Part shown: positions 1 to 8,566 of the stretch, piece by piece
How positions within the stretch are numbered: the stretch's first letter is position 1
Layout of the letters: each line of letters begins with the position of its first letter
Source: Eubacteriales bacterium
Lineage (GTDB): Bacteria; Bacillota; Clostridia; Oscillospirales; CAG-272
Reading direction: 5' to 3'
Length of the DNA stretch: 40,020 nucleotides
Assembly (NCBI GenBank): GCA_045533755.1
Contig: JAZSIJ010000005.1
Coordinates: forward strand, 1 to 40,020
The notes under the pieces: model-generated
The model's input: the letters and a program-made list of their open reading frames with translations, nothing else
The model's database searches: none
What the model was told of the DNA's origin: nothing
Made by a program: the position numbers and the translations under genes

Positions 1-1
1 T

Positions 2-415
2 ACCGGTACGGAAGCATACTACGTATGTAGCGTATGCGGACAGCTTGCACAGAAGGCAGAGGGTGCTGAGGATTATACCAAGGTAACCGCTGACGATCTT
101 GTAATTCCTGCGGCCGGACATAAGTACGGCGAGCTTATCGCTCAGGTAGATCCTACTTGTGAGGACACCGGCGTTATAGCATACTACAAGTGTTCTGTAT
201 GCGAGAAGACCTTCGATGCAGAGCAGAACGAGGTTATTGACCTTGTAATTCCTGCAAATGGACATAACTACGGCGACCTTGTTGCGAAGGTTCCTGCTAC
301 TACCGAGAAGGAAGGTAACAATGCTTACTATCTCTGCTCGGTATGCGGAAAGTACTTCAACGAGAGCATGGTTGAGGTAGATTATAACAATGACGTTGTA
401 ATCCCCAAGCTTCCT
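2..415 (+). repeat. Three tandem 48-55-codon repeats inside the surface-protein gene (consensus AYYxCSVC ... VIPxxGHxYGxL)
   Basis: AYY-x-CSVC codons begin at nt 14, 179 and 323. VIP-x-x-GH-x-YG begins at nt 101 and 245. The third copy degenerates to VVIPKLP near nt 398. Confidence 0.7.
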
Positions 416-790
416 AAGATTACTTCTGCTCCCGAGGATTCAGTTTGGACCAAGGGCGGCAAGGAGGCTCTTACGTTCGTATCGAACGCTAAGTTCGAGG
501 ACTTCGTAAGCGTTAAGCTTAACGGTGAGATTCTTGCTGAGAGTGACTATAAGCTTGAGAAGGCTGAGGACGGCAGCACCAAGATTATTCTTGAACCTGC
601 TTTCCTTGAGAAGCTCGAGGCGGCTGATTATACCGTTACAATTACTTCTACCAACGGCTCTTGCGATGCCGGATTCACTGTTGAAAACAGCAGTGTACTT
701 GCTATAGTTATTGTAATTATAGCAGTAGTGGTAGTTGTTGCAGGTGCTGCAGTAGCTGTAGTTGTTCTTAAAAAGAAAAACATCATTTAA
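2..790 (+). CDS. Cell-surface protein, C-terminal part (5' end lies outside the window): Cys-containing tandem repeats, beta-rich domain, C-terminal membrane anchor
   Basis: The frame is open from the window edge (codons phased on nt 2) to TAA at 788..790. ORF-track entry 368..790 is only the part after an internal Met. The translation shows three AYYxCSVC...VIPxxGHxYG units, then a ~90-aa segment, then a hydrophobic helix VLAIVIVIIAVVVVVAGAAVAVVVL followed by KKKNII. No LPXTG motif is present. Confidence 0.75.
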   Translation, partial: TGTEAYYVCSVCGQLAQKAEGAEDYTKVTADDLVIPAAGHKYGELIAQVDPTCEDTGVIAYYKCSVCEKTFDAEQNEVIDLVIPANGHNYGDLVAKVPATTEKEGNNAYYLCSVCGKYFNESMVEVDYNNDVVIPKLPKITSAPEDSVWTKGGKEALTFVSNAKFEDFVSVKLNGEILAESDYKLEKAEDGSTKIILEPAFLEKLEAADYTVTITSTNGSCDAGFTVENSSVLAIVIVIIAVVVVVAGAAVAVVVLKKKNII

Positions 791-814
791 ATAATAACAA
801 CCTATTTAGAGAAA

Positions 815-839
815 GGCTGTTCTTTTGAACAGCCTTTTT
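815..839 (+). terminator. Intrinsic terminator of the surface-protein gene
   Basis: Stem ggctgttc (815..822) pairs with gaacagcc (827..834), loop tttt, followed by ttttt. Confidence 0.8.
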
Positions 840-1038
840 CATTTTGTGCGCGTTCTAAAACGTGGGTGGGCGTGTCTGATTTATTAAATAAATTGGCGTA
901 AGAGTGGGGGCGTTATTTGAAATTATAGCCAAAACACCTATTTGAATGGGGGCAATTGCATAAATTTTAATTATGTCTTTCTTGATAAAAAAGCGTCCGT
1001 TAAGTTTTTATGATCACAGACGATATGTTTTTAACTAC

Positions 1039-1067
1039 TTGATTTTTCTCACCAAATAGTGTAAAAT
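1039..1067 (+). promoter_or_regulatory. Candidate sigma-A promoter for cls
   Basis: TTGATT (1039..1044), 17-nt spacer, TAAAAT (1062..1067), about 60 nt upstream of the cls start. Confidence 0.5.
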
Positions 1068-1129
1068 ATTTGTAGTAGACGTTTTAAATAAAGAGTATAA
1101 AATAACGGTTAAAAATACGGAGGTAAAAA

Positions 1130-2671
1130 GTGAAAAAAATATGGCGTCTTTTGTTCTCAAGATACGCTATTTCCGCGGTAATTATATTAGCTGACATAGC
1201 TTTAATCACTTACCTTTTCTTTGAGGCATCAAGGCTTTATCATGCGATATTTTTTGTAGCGATGCTTCTGGATTTTATAATTCTGGTTGCTATTGTAAAC
1301 GCAAATGTCAATCCCGAGTACAAGGTTTCCTGGATAACCGTTGTTTTGATTTTTCCGTTTCTTGGGGCGTTACTTTTTGTGTTGTTTTATGGTAGAAGAA
1401 TGACTAAAAAGGAGATACGGCTAGAGAAGCAAATTCTTGAGAAACTCAACACGGGTGGGCGCAATTATGAGATGTTTACCGCTCTCGGTGAGGAGGACTC
1501 TTCTGCTGCAGGCAGAGCAATGGCGATAATGCAGGATGACCCGATAGCCGCGGTCTACTCGGCATCGGCAACCGAATATTTCACAGACGGCGCGAAAATG
1601 TACAGGGCTATTCTTGAGGATTTAAGAAAAGCGCAAAAATATATATTCCTCGAGTATTTTATCATCGATGAGGGCGAAATGTGGACGGAAATATACGATA
1701 TTCTGAAGAAAAAGGCTCGCGCAGGGGTAACCGTCCGTATTATGTATGATGATATTGGCTGTATGAAAACTCTTCCGTCCTCCTTCGATAAACAGCTTCG
1801 CTGTGAGGGGATAGATTGCCGTAGGTTTGGAAAGGTTAATCCCAGGCTATCTACCGTTCATAACAATCGCGATCACCGAAAGATATGCGTTATCGACGGC
1901 AGTATAGCATACACCGGCGGCATAAATATAGCCGACGAGTACATCAATAAAAAGACACGCTTCGGACATTGGAAGGATGGGGGCGTGAGAATTTATGGCG
2001 AGGCTGCGCTTGGATTTGTAAAGTTATATTTACAGAATTGGCAATACAATCTCGGAGCATGCGAGGAAATTGACGAGTTCCTTCAGCCTTGCTTTGAGAA
2101 CAAGACTCCTTATCTTGCGAATGAATACTTTATTCCATTTGGTTCCGGACCGGCTCCCATATATCCGCGCTCTGTCGGCAAGGAGGTTTTTCTCAACATT
2201 ATAGATCAAGCGCAGCGTTACGTCTACATTACGACACCTTACCTAATCATTGATTTTGAGCTGACCGAGTCTCTTCGAAATGCGGCATACCGAGGCGTTG
2301 ACGTCAGAATTATAACTCCGGGAATTGCCGATAAAAAGATGGTTAAGATTATGACCAAGAGCGCGTATCCCTATTTGATGGCGGCTGGGGTGAAAATATA
2401 CGAGTACACTCCCGGCTTTATACACGAGAAGCTCGTCGTTTCCGACGATAAGTATTCTGTGGTCGGTAGCCTGAATTTCGATTACAGAAGCCTAGCCCAT
2501 CACTTTGAGTGCGGCGCTTGGATGTATTCCTCAAGAATGGCTGAAATAGCACGAGACGGTTTTATGGACACGGTTTCCAAGTCCAAGCAAATGGATTCCG
2601 GCGCATCAAAGCTCAGCTTTTCCGAGTGGGCGCTCAAGAATATTATGCGCTTTTTGGCGCCTCTTCTTTAA
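1130..2671 (+). CDS. cls: Cardiolipin synthase
   Basis: 513 aa. GTG start lies 6 nt after GGAGG (1119..1123). Two N-terminal TM helices and two PLD HxKxxxxD motifs (HRKICVID, HEKLVVSD). Confidence 0.92.
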   Translation: MKKIWRLLFSRYAISAVIILADIALITYLFFEASRLYHAIFFVAMLLDFIILVAIVNANVNPEYKVSWITVVLIFPFLGALLFVLFYGRRMTKKEIRLEKQILEKLNTGGRNYEMFTALGEEDSSAAGRAMAIMQDDPIAAVYSASATEYFTDGAKMYRAILEDLRKAQKYIFLEYFIIDEGEMWTEIYDILKKKARAGVTVRIMYDDIGCMKTLPSSFDKQLRCEGIDCRRFGKVNPRLSTVHNNRDHRKICVIDGSIAYTGGINIADEYINKKTRFGHWKDGGVRIYGEAALGFVKLYLQNWQYNLGACEEIDEFLQPCFENKTPYLANEYFIPFGSGPAPIYPRSVGKEVFLNIIDQAQRYVYITTPYLIIDFELTESLRNAAYRGVDVRIITPGIADKKMVKIMTKSAYPYLMAAGVKIYEYTPGFIHEKLVVSDDKYSVVGSLNFDYRSLAHHFECGAWMYSSRMAEIARDGFMDTVSKSKQMDSGASKLSFSEWALKNIMRFLAPLL

Positions 2672-2698
2672 AGCGAGAAGAAAAAACGCATAAAAACG

Positions 2699-2739
2699 AA
2701 AAAGGGAGCCTCAGGCGGTATAGCCGTAGCTCCCTTTTT
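2699..2739. terminator. Bidirectional terminator shared by cls (+) and mgtC (-)
   Basis: gggagc (2704..2709) pairs with gctccc (2729..2734), with inner ggc/gcc pairs. Flanked by aaaaa on the left and ttttt on the right, so a U-tract follows the stem on either strand. Confidence 0.75.
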
Positions 2740-2740
2740 A

Positions 2741-3433
2741 TTATATAGACTCTATTGCGAAGATAACCTCGTCGAGCTTCTCGATTTCCTTTGAAACCTG
2801 CTCGGGAGAATCATTCTTCTTGGTATAGACGTTTATTTCAATTCCTACGTTTCCGGAGGTACCGCTTCGCGGAAGGGTTATCTGAATGTCGGATATATCA
2901 AATTTATCCGCTAGCGCGTCTATTGTTTGTCTGACAACCTTATCCGAGGTGATTTCGACATAGATACCGAAGCGTCTGTAATGCTTGATGAATTTATACT
3001 CTAGCTTGTGGAGGAAGGTGACAGTTGCCACCGTGAGAAGAAATGCAACGAGAGCGCCCTCATAGAAGCCCGCGCCGAGCGTCAAACCTATTGCCGCCGC
3101 GCACCAAAGACCTGCCGCAGTGGTAAGACCTGTAATTTGGAAGCGTCCCTTCAGCATTATCGTTCCAACACCCAGAAAGCCTATGCCCGATATTACCTGC
3201 GCCGAAATACGCATAGGGTCACCTGCCGCGCCGAGCGTTTCGGTTATAAAGAAGCCCATCATAGCAGAGAGTGCCGCGCCCATGCACACGAGGATATGAG
3301 TACGCATTCCTGCCGCGCGCCCCTGCTTACCACGCTCCATACCGATAATTCCGCCTACTATTACGCAGAGCACGAGGCGTATCAGAACCGTCCAGACATT
3401 GAACGAACGTAAAAATTCAAGTATTTCTTCCAT
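2741..3433 (-). CDS. mgtC: MgtC/SapB family membrane protein
   Basis: 230 aa. Hydrophobic N-terminal half carries the family signature GMERGKQGRAAGMRTHILVCMGAAL; the C-terminal domain is soluble. RBS aaaggga lies upstream of the ATG at 3433. Confidence 0.85.
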   Translation of the reverse strand: MEEILEFLRSFNVWTVLIRLVLCVIVGGIIGMERGKQGRAAGMRTHILVCMGAALSAMMGFFITETLGAAGDPMRISAQVISGIGFLGVGTIMLKGRFQITGLTTAAGLWCAAAIGLTLGAGFYEGALVAFLLTVATVTFLHKLEYKFIKHYRRFGIYVEITSDKVVRQTIDALADKFDISDIQITLPRSGTSGNVGIEINVYTKKNDSPEQVSKEIEKLDEVIFAIESI

Positions 3434-3519
3434 ATTTTTCCCTTTCAGATATATTTACAGAGTATGCAGAACCGAAAAAAAGATTTACAGAAATCTAATG
3501 TTAAATCTGTGTTAAATCG

Positions 3520-3542
3520 ATATGTGAAATTATATCACATAT
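3520..3542. promoter_or_regulatory. Perfect 8-bp inverted repeat (candidate operator) centred on the mgtC -10 box
   Basis: atatgtga (3520..3527), 7-nt spacer aattata, tcacatat (3535..3542). The spacer contains the -10 hexamer of the minus-strand promoter. Confidence 0.55.
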
Positions 3543-3557
3543 AAATGGTTTTGTCAA
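3529..3557 (-). promoter_or_regulatory. Consensus sigma-A promoter for mgtC
   Basis: The minus strand reads TTGACA (3557..3552), a 17-nt spacer ending in TGa, then TATAAT (3534..3529). Both hexamers are perfect and there is an extended -10. Confidence 0.7.
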
Positions 3558-3635
3558 TACTTTTCAACACTTTTCGGTGATAAAAATAAAATATACAAAA
3601 AATTAATATTTTACTTGAATTTTACATAAAGAGTA

Positions 3636-3664
3636 TTGAATATTTTGCGCGAAAAAGGTATAAT
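3636..3664 (+). promoter_or_regulatory. Candidate sigma-A promoter for the HD-domain gene
   Basis: TTGAAT (3636..3641), 17-nt spacer, TATAAT (3659..3664), 30 nt upstream of the ATG at 3694. Confidence 0.6.
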
Positions 3665-3693
3665 AAAATAAAGAAATAAACAAAGAGGTTGCC

Positions 3694-4353
3694 ATGCTCT
3701 GCTTTGACGATATAAAGAAAAATGAATCAATAAGGGCTTATATTACAGCCGCTGATGCCTCGCTCTCGGCGCTTGGCTATACCGAGCACAGCTTTGCTCA
3801 CGTTACAAAGGTGGCTGAGGGTGCTGCGGCTATACTTGAGATGCTGGAGTACGATTCGCGCACGGTGGAGCTTGCAAAGATAGCGGCATACCTTCACGAT
3901 ATAGGTAATCTCGTTAACCGTGACGAGCATTCGCAAAGCGGTGCGGTAATGGCGTTTCGAATACTTGACAATCTCGGAATGTCGCCCGAGGACATAGCTA
4001 CGGTGGTTACGGCGATAGGCAATCACGACGAGGGCACCGGAGTTGCGGTAAATGCCGTTGCCGCGGCTCTTATAATTGCCGACAAGACCGACGTCCGCAG
4101 AACCAGAGTCAGAAACCGCGATTTCTCAACCTTTGATATACACGACAGGGTCAATTATTCGGTTTTCGATACCTCACTTGAGCTGGATAAGGATTGCCGA
4201 GAGGTCAGGCTCTCGATAAAAATAGACACCGAGATTAGCTCCATAATGGATTATTTTGAAATATTCCTCAGACGAATGATAATGTGCAGAAAATCCGCCG
4301 AAACGCTCGGACTTGCATTCAAGCTGACTATCAACGGACAGAGCTTTATATAG
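3694..4353 (+). CDS. HD-domain metal-dependent phosphohydrolase
   Basis: 219 aa with the H...HD...D pattern: HSFAHV, AAYLHDIGN, GNHDEG, IIADKTD. RBS aagagg at 3683..3688. Confidence 0.75.
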   Translation: MLCFDDIKKNESIRAYITAADASLSALGYTEHSFAHVTKVAEGAAAILEMLEYDSRTVELAKIAAYLHDIGNLVNRDEHSQSGAVMAFRILDNLGMSPEDIATVVTAIGNHDEGTGVAVNAVAAALIIADKTDVRRTRVRNRDFSTFDIHDRVNYSVFDTSLELDKDCREVRLSIKIDTEISSIMDYFEIFLRRMIMCRKSAETLGLAFKLTINGQSFI

Positions 4354-4422
4354 CTTGAAGGGCAGTCTGGAGAATGGTGTGATTTTTCACCGGCTTCTCA
4401 ATAAAATTTTCCGGAGAGTGGT

Positions 4423-5103
4423 ATGATTTATCTTCTTGAAGACGACAGCGCGATACGCGAGCTTGTAACCTATTCGCTTGATAAGACGGGAAACAAGACT
4501 CGTGCATTTGCCACGCCAAGTGAGTTTTGGCGCGCTATGGAGGAGTGCCTGCCCGACCTGATTCTTCTCGACGTGATGCTTCCTGAGGAGGACGGTCTTG
4601 TTGTGCTTGAAAAACTCAGATGTGCCGAACGTACTAAAAAGATTCCGGTTATAATGCTGACCGCAAGGGGCACGGAATTTGACAAGGTAACGGCGTTTGA
4701 CATAGGTGCTGACGATTACGTTACAAAGCCCTTTGGAGTTATGGAGCTCATCGCCAGAATAAAGGCGGTTATGAGAAGGTCCGATGTCAAGGACACGGAA
4801 GCAAAGAAATATTCCTCCGGCGACGTTTCTCTCTACGTGGAGCGGCATGAGGTCTTGGTCTCGGGCTCTCCGGTTACGCTTACTTACAAGGAATTCGAGC
4901 TTTTGAGCCTGCTTTTTGAAAATATGGGAAGAGTACTTACCCGCGACAGAATACTGCGCGAGGTATGGGGCTATGAGTTCGACGGTGAGAACAGAACCGT
5001 TGACGTTCACGTAAGAACGCTCAGACAAAAGCTTGGGGCGGCGGGTGATATTATCGAAACGGTTCGCGGTGTCGGATATAAAATAGGAGATTCCCGCGGA
5101 TGA
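4423..5103 (+). CDS. OmpR/PhoB-family response regulator (PhoP-like)
   Basis: 226 aa. Receiver domain motifs LLEDD and LILLDVMLP. Winged-helix C-terminus RTVDVHVRTLRQKL...VRGVGYK. Confidence 0.9.
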   Translation: MIYLLEDDSAIRELVTYSLDKTGNKTRAFATPSEFWRAMEECLPDLILLDVMLPEEDGLVVLEKLRCAERTKKIPVIMLTARGTEFDKVTAFDIGADDYVTKPFGVMELIARIKAVMRRSDVKDTEAKKYSSGDVSLYVERHEVLVSGSPVTLTYKEFELLSLLFENMGRVLTRDRILREVWGYEFDGENRTVDVHVRTLRQKLGAAGDIIETVRGVGYKIGDSRG

Positions 5104-6665
5104 CGGGAAAGATTTTCAGAAGCATATTCATGACGGCTCTTGCGGTGCTTCTGAGTGCGCTCGTTATAGTTTTCGTCTCTACTTACAACCATTATAGCGA
5201 AAGAATGATTGCCGAGCTCGAAAGAGACGGCGAATATATAAGCGCGGGCATTTCGAGCTACGGCTTGGAATATCTCGATACCGTGTCAGTCGAGGGTGTT
5301 CGCGTGAAGCTTATATCAAAGGACGGCGTGACGCTTTACGATTCGGCGCAAAACGATAAGCAGTCCTTGTGTTACACAGAGATTCTGGATGACGGCTCAA
5401 CGCTCGTCGTGTCGACCTCCGAGTCGCCTATCGCCGGCGTTCTTATAGATATGCTCGGTACGGCATTCGTTTTGTTCGGATTTGCCGTTTTGCTTGCGTT
5501 GCTCGTTGCGAACAGTCTTTCGCGCAGTATAGTCAAGCCGATAAACAGTATAAACCTTGACAGTCCCGACGAATCGTCGGTATATGAAGAGCTGAAGCCT
5601 ATGATAAGCAGGCTCACGCAGCAGAGGTACAGGATATCCCATCAGCTCGCTGAGCTGCGTATGAAGGAGGAGGAGTTCTCCTCCATCACGGCGAATATGA
5701 GCGAGGGAATAACCGTTATAAATTCAAAAACGCTTATTCTTTCCTGCAACGACGCGGCTAAAAAAATATTTGGCATAAGCGGTGAGATGCCGCGCAGCAT
5801 ACTTTCCTTGAACAGCTCCGAGAGCTTCAGAGCCGCAATAGTTAAGGCGCTTCGCGGAGAGGTGGCGTACGACGTTATCCGCACCGATGAAAAGGTATAC
5901 GGTATTACCGCAAGTCCGGTTATGCAGGATTCGGCTGTTGAGGGTGCGGTGGTTCTCGTTATCGACGACACCGAGCGGGACGGACGCGAGAGGCTTCGCC
6001 GCGAGTTCACCTCAAACGTGTCGCACGAGCTGAAAACTCCGCTTACCGCCATATCCGGCTTTGCCGAGCTTATCCGCTCCGGAATTACCTCCCCGGAGGA
6101 CACCCAAAGGTTTGCCGATAACATACATAAAGAGGCGGCGCGCCTTATAGTTCTTGTCGGAGATATAATACAGCTTACGCGACTTGACGGCTCCGAGATG
6201 CCATACGACGACGATCCTGTCAGGCTTGACGAGCTTGTGCGTGAAACTGCGGCTCGCCTTGAGGGAGTGGCGTCGGCGAAGGATATATCCATAGTATGCG
6301 AGACAGAGCGCGTGCGTATGCCGGGAAACTCGAAGATAGTCGAAGAAATAATATGTAACCTTACCGACAACGCAATTAAATATAACAGACCCGGCGGCTT
6401 TGTTAAGCTCTCTGCCTTTTCTGATGCAGGCGAGGCTGTGCTGTCGGTCAGTGATAACGGTATAGGTATTCCGCAGGACAAGCAGGACCGCGTTTTCGAG
6501 CGCTTCTTCCGCGTGGATAAGAGTCACTCGAAGGACATAGGGGGTACGGGACTCGGCTTATCAATAGTTAAGCACTCTGCGGCCTATCATAAAGCGCGTA
6601 TAATTCTTGAAAGCGAAGAAGGGCGGGGAACGGAAATTACGATTCGTTTCCCTGCGAAGATATAA
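5100..6665 (+). CDS. Sensor histidine kinase (PhoR-like)
   Basis: 521 aa with an ATGA start/stop overlap with the regulator. Two TM helices, a PAS-like segment, H-box HELKTPLTAI, N-box DNAIKYN, G-boxes DNGIGIP and GGTGLGLSIVK. Confidence 0.9.
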   Translation: MTGKIFRSIFMTALAVLLSALVIVFVSTYNHYSERMIAELERDGEYISAGISSYGLEYLDTVSVEGVRVKLISKDGVTLYDSAQNDKQSLCYTEILDDGSTLVVSTSESPIAGVLIDMLGTAFVLFGFAVLLALLVANSLSRSIVKPINSINLDSPDESSVYEELKPMISRLTQQRYRISHQLAELRMKEEEFSSITANMSEGITVINSKTLILSCNDAAKKIFGISGEMPRSILSLNSSESFRAAIVKALRGEVAYDVIRTDEKVYGITASPVMQDSAVEGAVVLVIDDTERDGRERLRREFTSNVSHELKTPLTAISGFAELIRSGITSPEDTQRFADNIHKEAARLIVLVGDIIQLTRLDGSEMPYDDDPVRLDELVRETAARLEGVASAKDISIVCETERVRMPGNSKIVEEIICNLTDNAIKYNRPGGFVKLSAFSDAGEAVLSVSDNGIGIPQDKQDRVFERFFRVDKSHSKDIGGTGLGLSIVKHSAAYHKARIILESEEGRGTEITIRFPAKI

Positions 6666-6699
6666 TAAAAGACCGCGATAGCGGCAGAATGGAGAAAAT

Positions 6700-8460
6700 A
6701 TGGGACCTTTTGAAATACTTTCGCTTTTGTGCGGTCTTGCTTTGTTCCTCTACGGTATGGAGCTTATGGGCGACGCCCTCAAAAAGAGCGCCGGCAACAA
6801 TCTGAAGTCGATACTCGGTAAAATGACCACCAATCCCGTCAAGGGCTTTCTTCTCGGTCTTGCCGTAACGGCGGTTATACAGTCGTCATCGGCAACGACG
6901 GTTATGGTCGCCGGCTTCGTTACCTCGGGCCCGATGACGCTTCTTCAGTCGGTTGGCGTTATAATAGGTGCTAACGTCGGAACGGCGGTTACAGCGTGGC
7001 TCACTGCCCTGTCGGGTATTGGCGGTAACGGAGCAGAAACTGCGCTCGGAATAATACAGTGGCTCAAGCCTGACGCCTGGATGCCTATCCTTGCCGTTAT
7101 AGGTATATGCCTCGTAATGTTCTCAAAGCGCGGCAAGAAAAAGGATATCGGAGTTATACTTCTCGGCTTCGCAATACTTATGGTCGGTATGTCGATGATG
7201 TCGGACTCTGTTTCGGGACTTAAGAATGACGCGGGCTTCCAGTCTATACTCACTATGTTCGAGAACCCCATTCTCGGTGTTCTTGCGGGCGTAGTCCTCA
7301 CCGCGATAGTTCAGTCCTCCTCGGCGTCTGTCGGTATTCTTCAGTCTTTGACTGCAACGGGTGCTATTACGTACGGTGCGGCAATTCCTATCGTTATGGG
7401 ACAGAATATCGGTACCTGCGTTACGGCTATGATTTCCTCCGTTGGAGCTAACAAAAACGGTAAGCGCGCGGCACTCGTGCATCTTTACTTCAATATCATC
7501 GGCGTCGTAGTAGTGCTTGCGCTCTTCTATCTTCTCAACTGGATATTTGAATTTACATTCCTTTCAACTGCAATAGATATGTGGGGAGTAGCCTTCGTAC
7601 ACACTATCTTCAAGATTATATGCGTAGCTATAATCGGTCCGTTCTATAAGCTTCTTGAGAAGCTTGCTGTCCTCACTATCAAGGACGGAAAAGAGAGCGA
7701 AACCGAAAGCCTTCTTGATGACCGTCTTCTTGAGACGCCTGCCTTTGCGGTAGGACGCGCGGCAGAGGTGACGGGTATTATGGCAGAAATTGCCACCTCG
7801 GCTCTCCGTAAGTCCCTGACCCTGTTTGATAAATACGACGCAAAGCTTGCCGACGATATAAGAGATAAGGAAACCAAGGCAGACGTGCTTGAGGACGCGC
7901 TTGGCAGCTATCTTGTGAAGCTCTCCTCCTGTGATATGGACGAGAGGGATTCAAGGCAGATAACCAAGCTCCTTCACATTATCGGTGACTACGAGCGTAT
8001 ATCCGACCACGCCGTCAATATAGTAGAGTCGGCTGAGGAAATGCACGATAAAAAGATTGAGTTCTCGCCTCAGGCACAGCGCGAGATAACCGTGCTTCGC
8101 GGTGCGATAGACGAGATACTTTCGATAGCCTACGATGCATTTATCGGCGACGATATCGACAGGGCGGCTGACGTTGAGCCTCTTGAGCAGCTTATAGACG
8201 AGCTGAGAGATAAAATCAAGCTTAATCACATACTCAGGCTTCAGAAGAGCGAATGCTCAATAGAGCACGGCTTCATTCTCTCCGACCTGCTTACGAACTT
8301 TGAGAGAGTTGCCGACCACTGCTCCAATATTGCCGGCTGCGTTATAGAAATATCCGAGTTCGACGCTCTCGATATGCACAAATATCTCGCGGATATCAGA
8401 GCAGGTAGCGAAGGCTTTGACGATAAGTTTGCGGAGTATAAGCGTAAATATTCTATTTGA
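6700..8460 (+). CDS. Na/Pi-cotransporter family protein with C-terminal PhoU-like repeats
   Basis: 586 aa. Duplicated QSSSAT / QSSSAS motifs lie in the membrane domain. Two PhoU-type motifs (ERISDHAVNI, ERVADHCSNI) lie in the soluble tail. Confidence 0.85.
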   Translation: MGPFEILSLLCGLALFLYGMELMGDALKKSAGNNLKSILGKMTTNPVKGFLLGLAVTAVIQSSSATTVMVAGFVTSGPMTLLQSVGVIIGANVGTAVTAWLTALSGIGGNGAETALGIIQWLKPDAWMPILAVIGICLVMFSKRGKKKDIGVILLGFAILMVGMSMMSDSVSGLKNDAGFQSILTMFENPILGVLAGVVLTAIVQSSSASVGILQSLTATGAITYGAAIPIVMGQNIGTCVTAMISSVGANKNGKRAALVHLYFNIIGVVVVLALFYLLNWIFEFTFLSTAIDMWGVAFVHTIFKIICVAIIGPFYKLLEKLAVLTIKDGKESETESLLDDRLLETPAFAVGRAAEVTGIMAEIATSALRKSLTLFDKYDAKLADDIRDKETKADVLEDALGSYLVKLSSCDMDERDSRQITKLLHIIGDYERISDHAVNIVESAEEMHDKKIEFSPQAQREITVLRGAIDEILSIAYDAFIGDDIDRAADVEPLEQLIDELRDKIKLNHILRLQKSECSIEHGFILSDLLTNFERVADHCSNIAGCVIEISEFDALDMHKYLADIRAGSEGFDDKFAEYKRKYSI

Positions 8461-8485
8461 TTTTGGGCGAAAGCTCTTTAATCGG

Positions 8486-8515
8486 GGGTGTTCCGAATTT
8501 TCGGGACACCCTTTT
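8486..8515 (+). terminator. Intrinsic terminator after the Na/Pi transporter gene
   Basis: 11-bp stem 8486..8496 / 8501..8511 with one G-U pair, loop attt, followed by tttt. Confidence 0.8.
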
Positions 8516-8536
8516 GCTGTTTACGGCTCTACTGTT

Positions 8537-8566
8537 TTGTCATTATTCTACTATTTTGAATAGAAT
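8537..8566 (+). promoter_or_regulatory. Candidate feoAB promoter
   Basis: TTGTCA (8537..8542), 18-nt spacer, TAGAAT (8561..8566). It overlaps the inverted repeat tattcta (8544..8550) / tagaata (8561..8567). Confidence 0.4.

Noticed and set aside
3434-3693. M-box (Mg2+) riboswitch upstream of mgtC
   Set aside because: The leader is only about 90 nt and very AT-rich. None of the GC-rich conserved M-box helices are visible.
4387-5028. 213-aa minus-strand ORF
   Set aside because: It is antisense to the response-regulator gene, whose receiver and winged-helix motifs are clear.
5642-6527. 279-aa and 171-aa minus-strand ORFs
   Set aside because: They are antisense to the histidine kinase gene. 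The products are Ser/Arg-rich and low-complexity.
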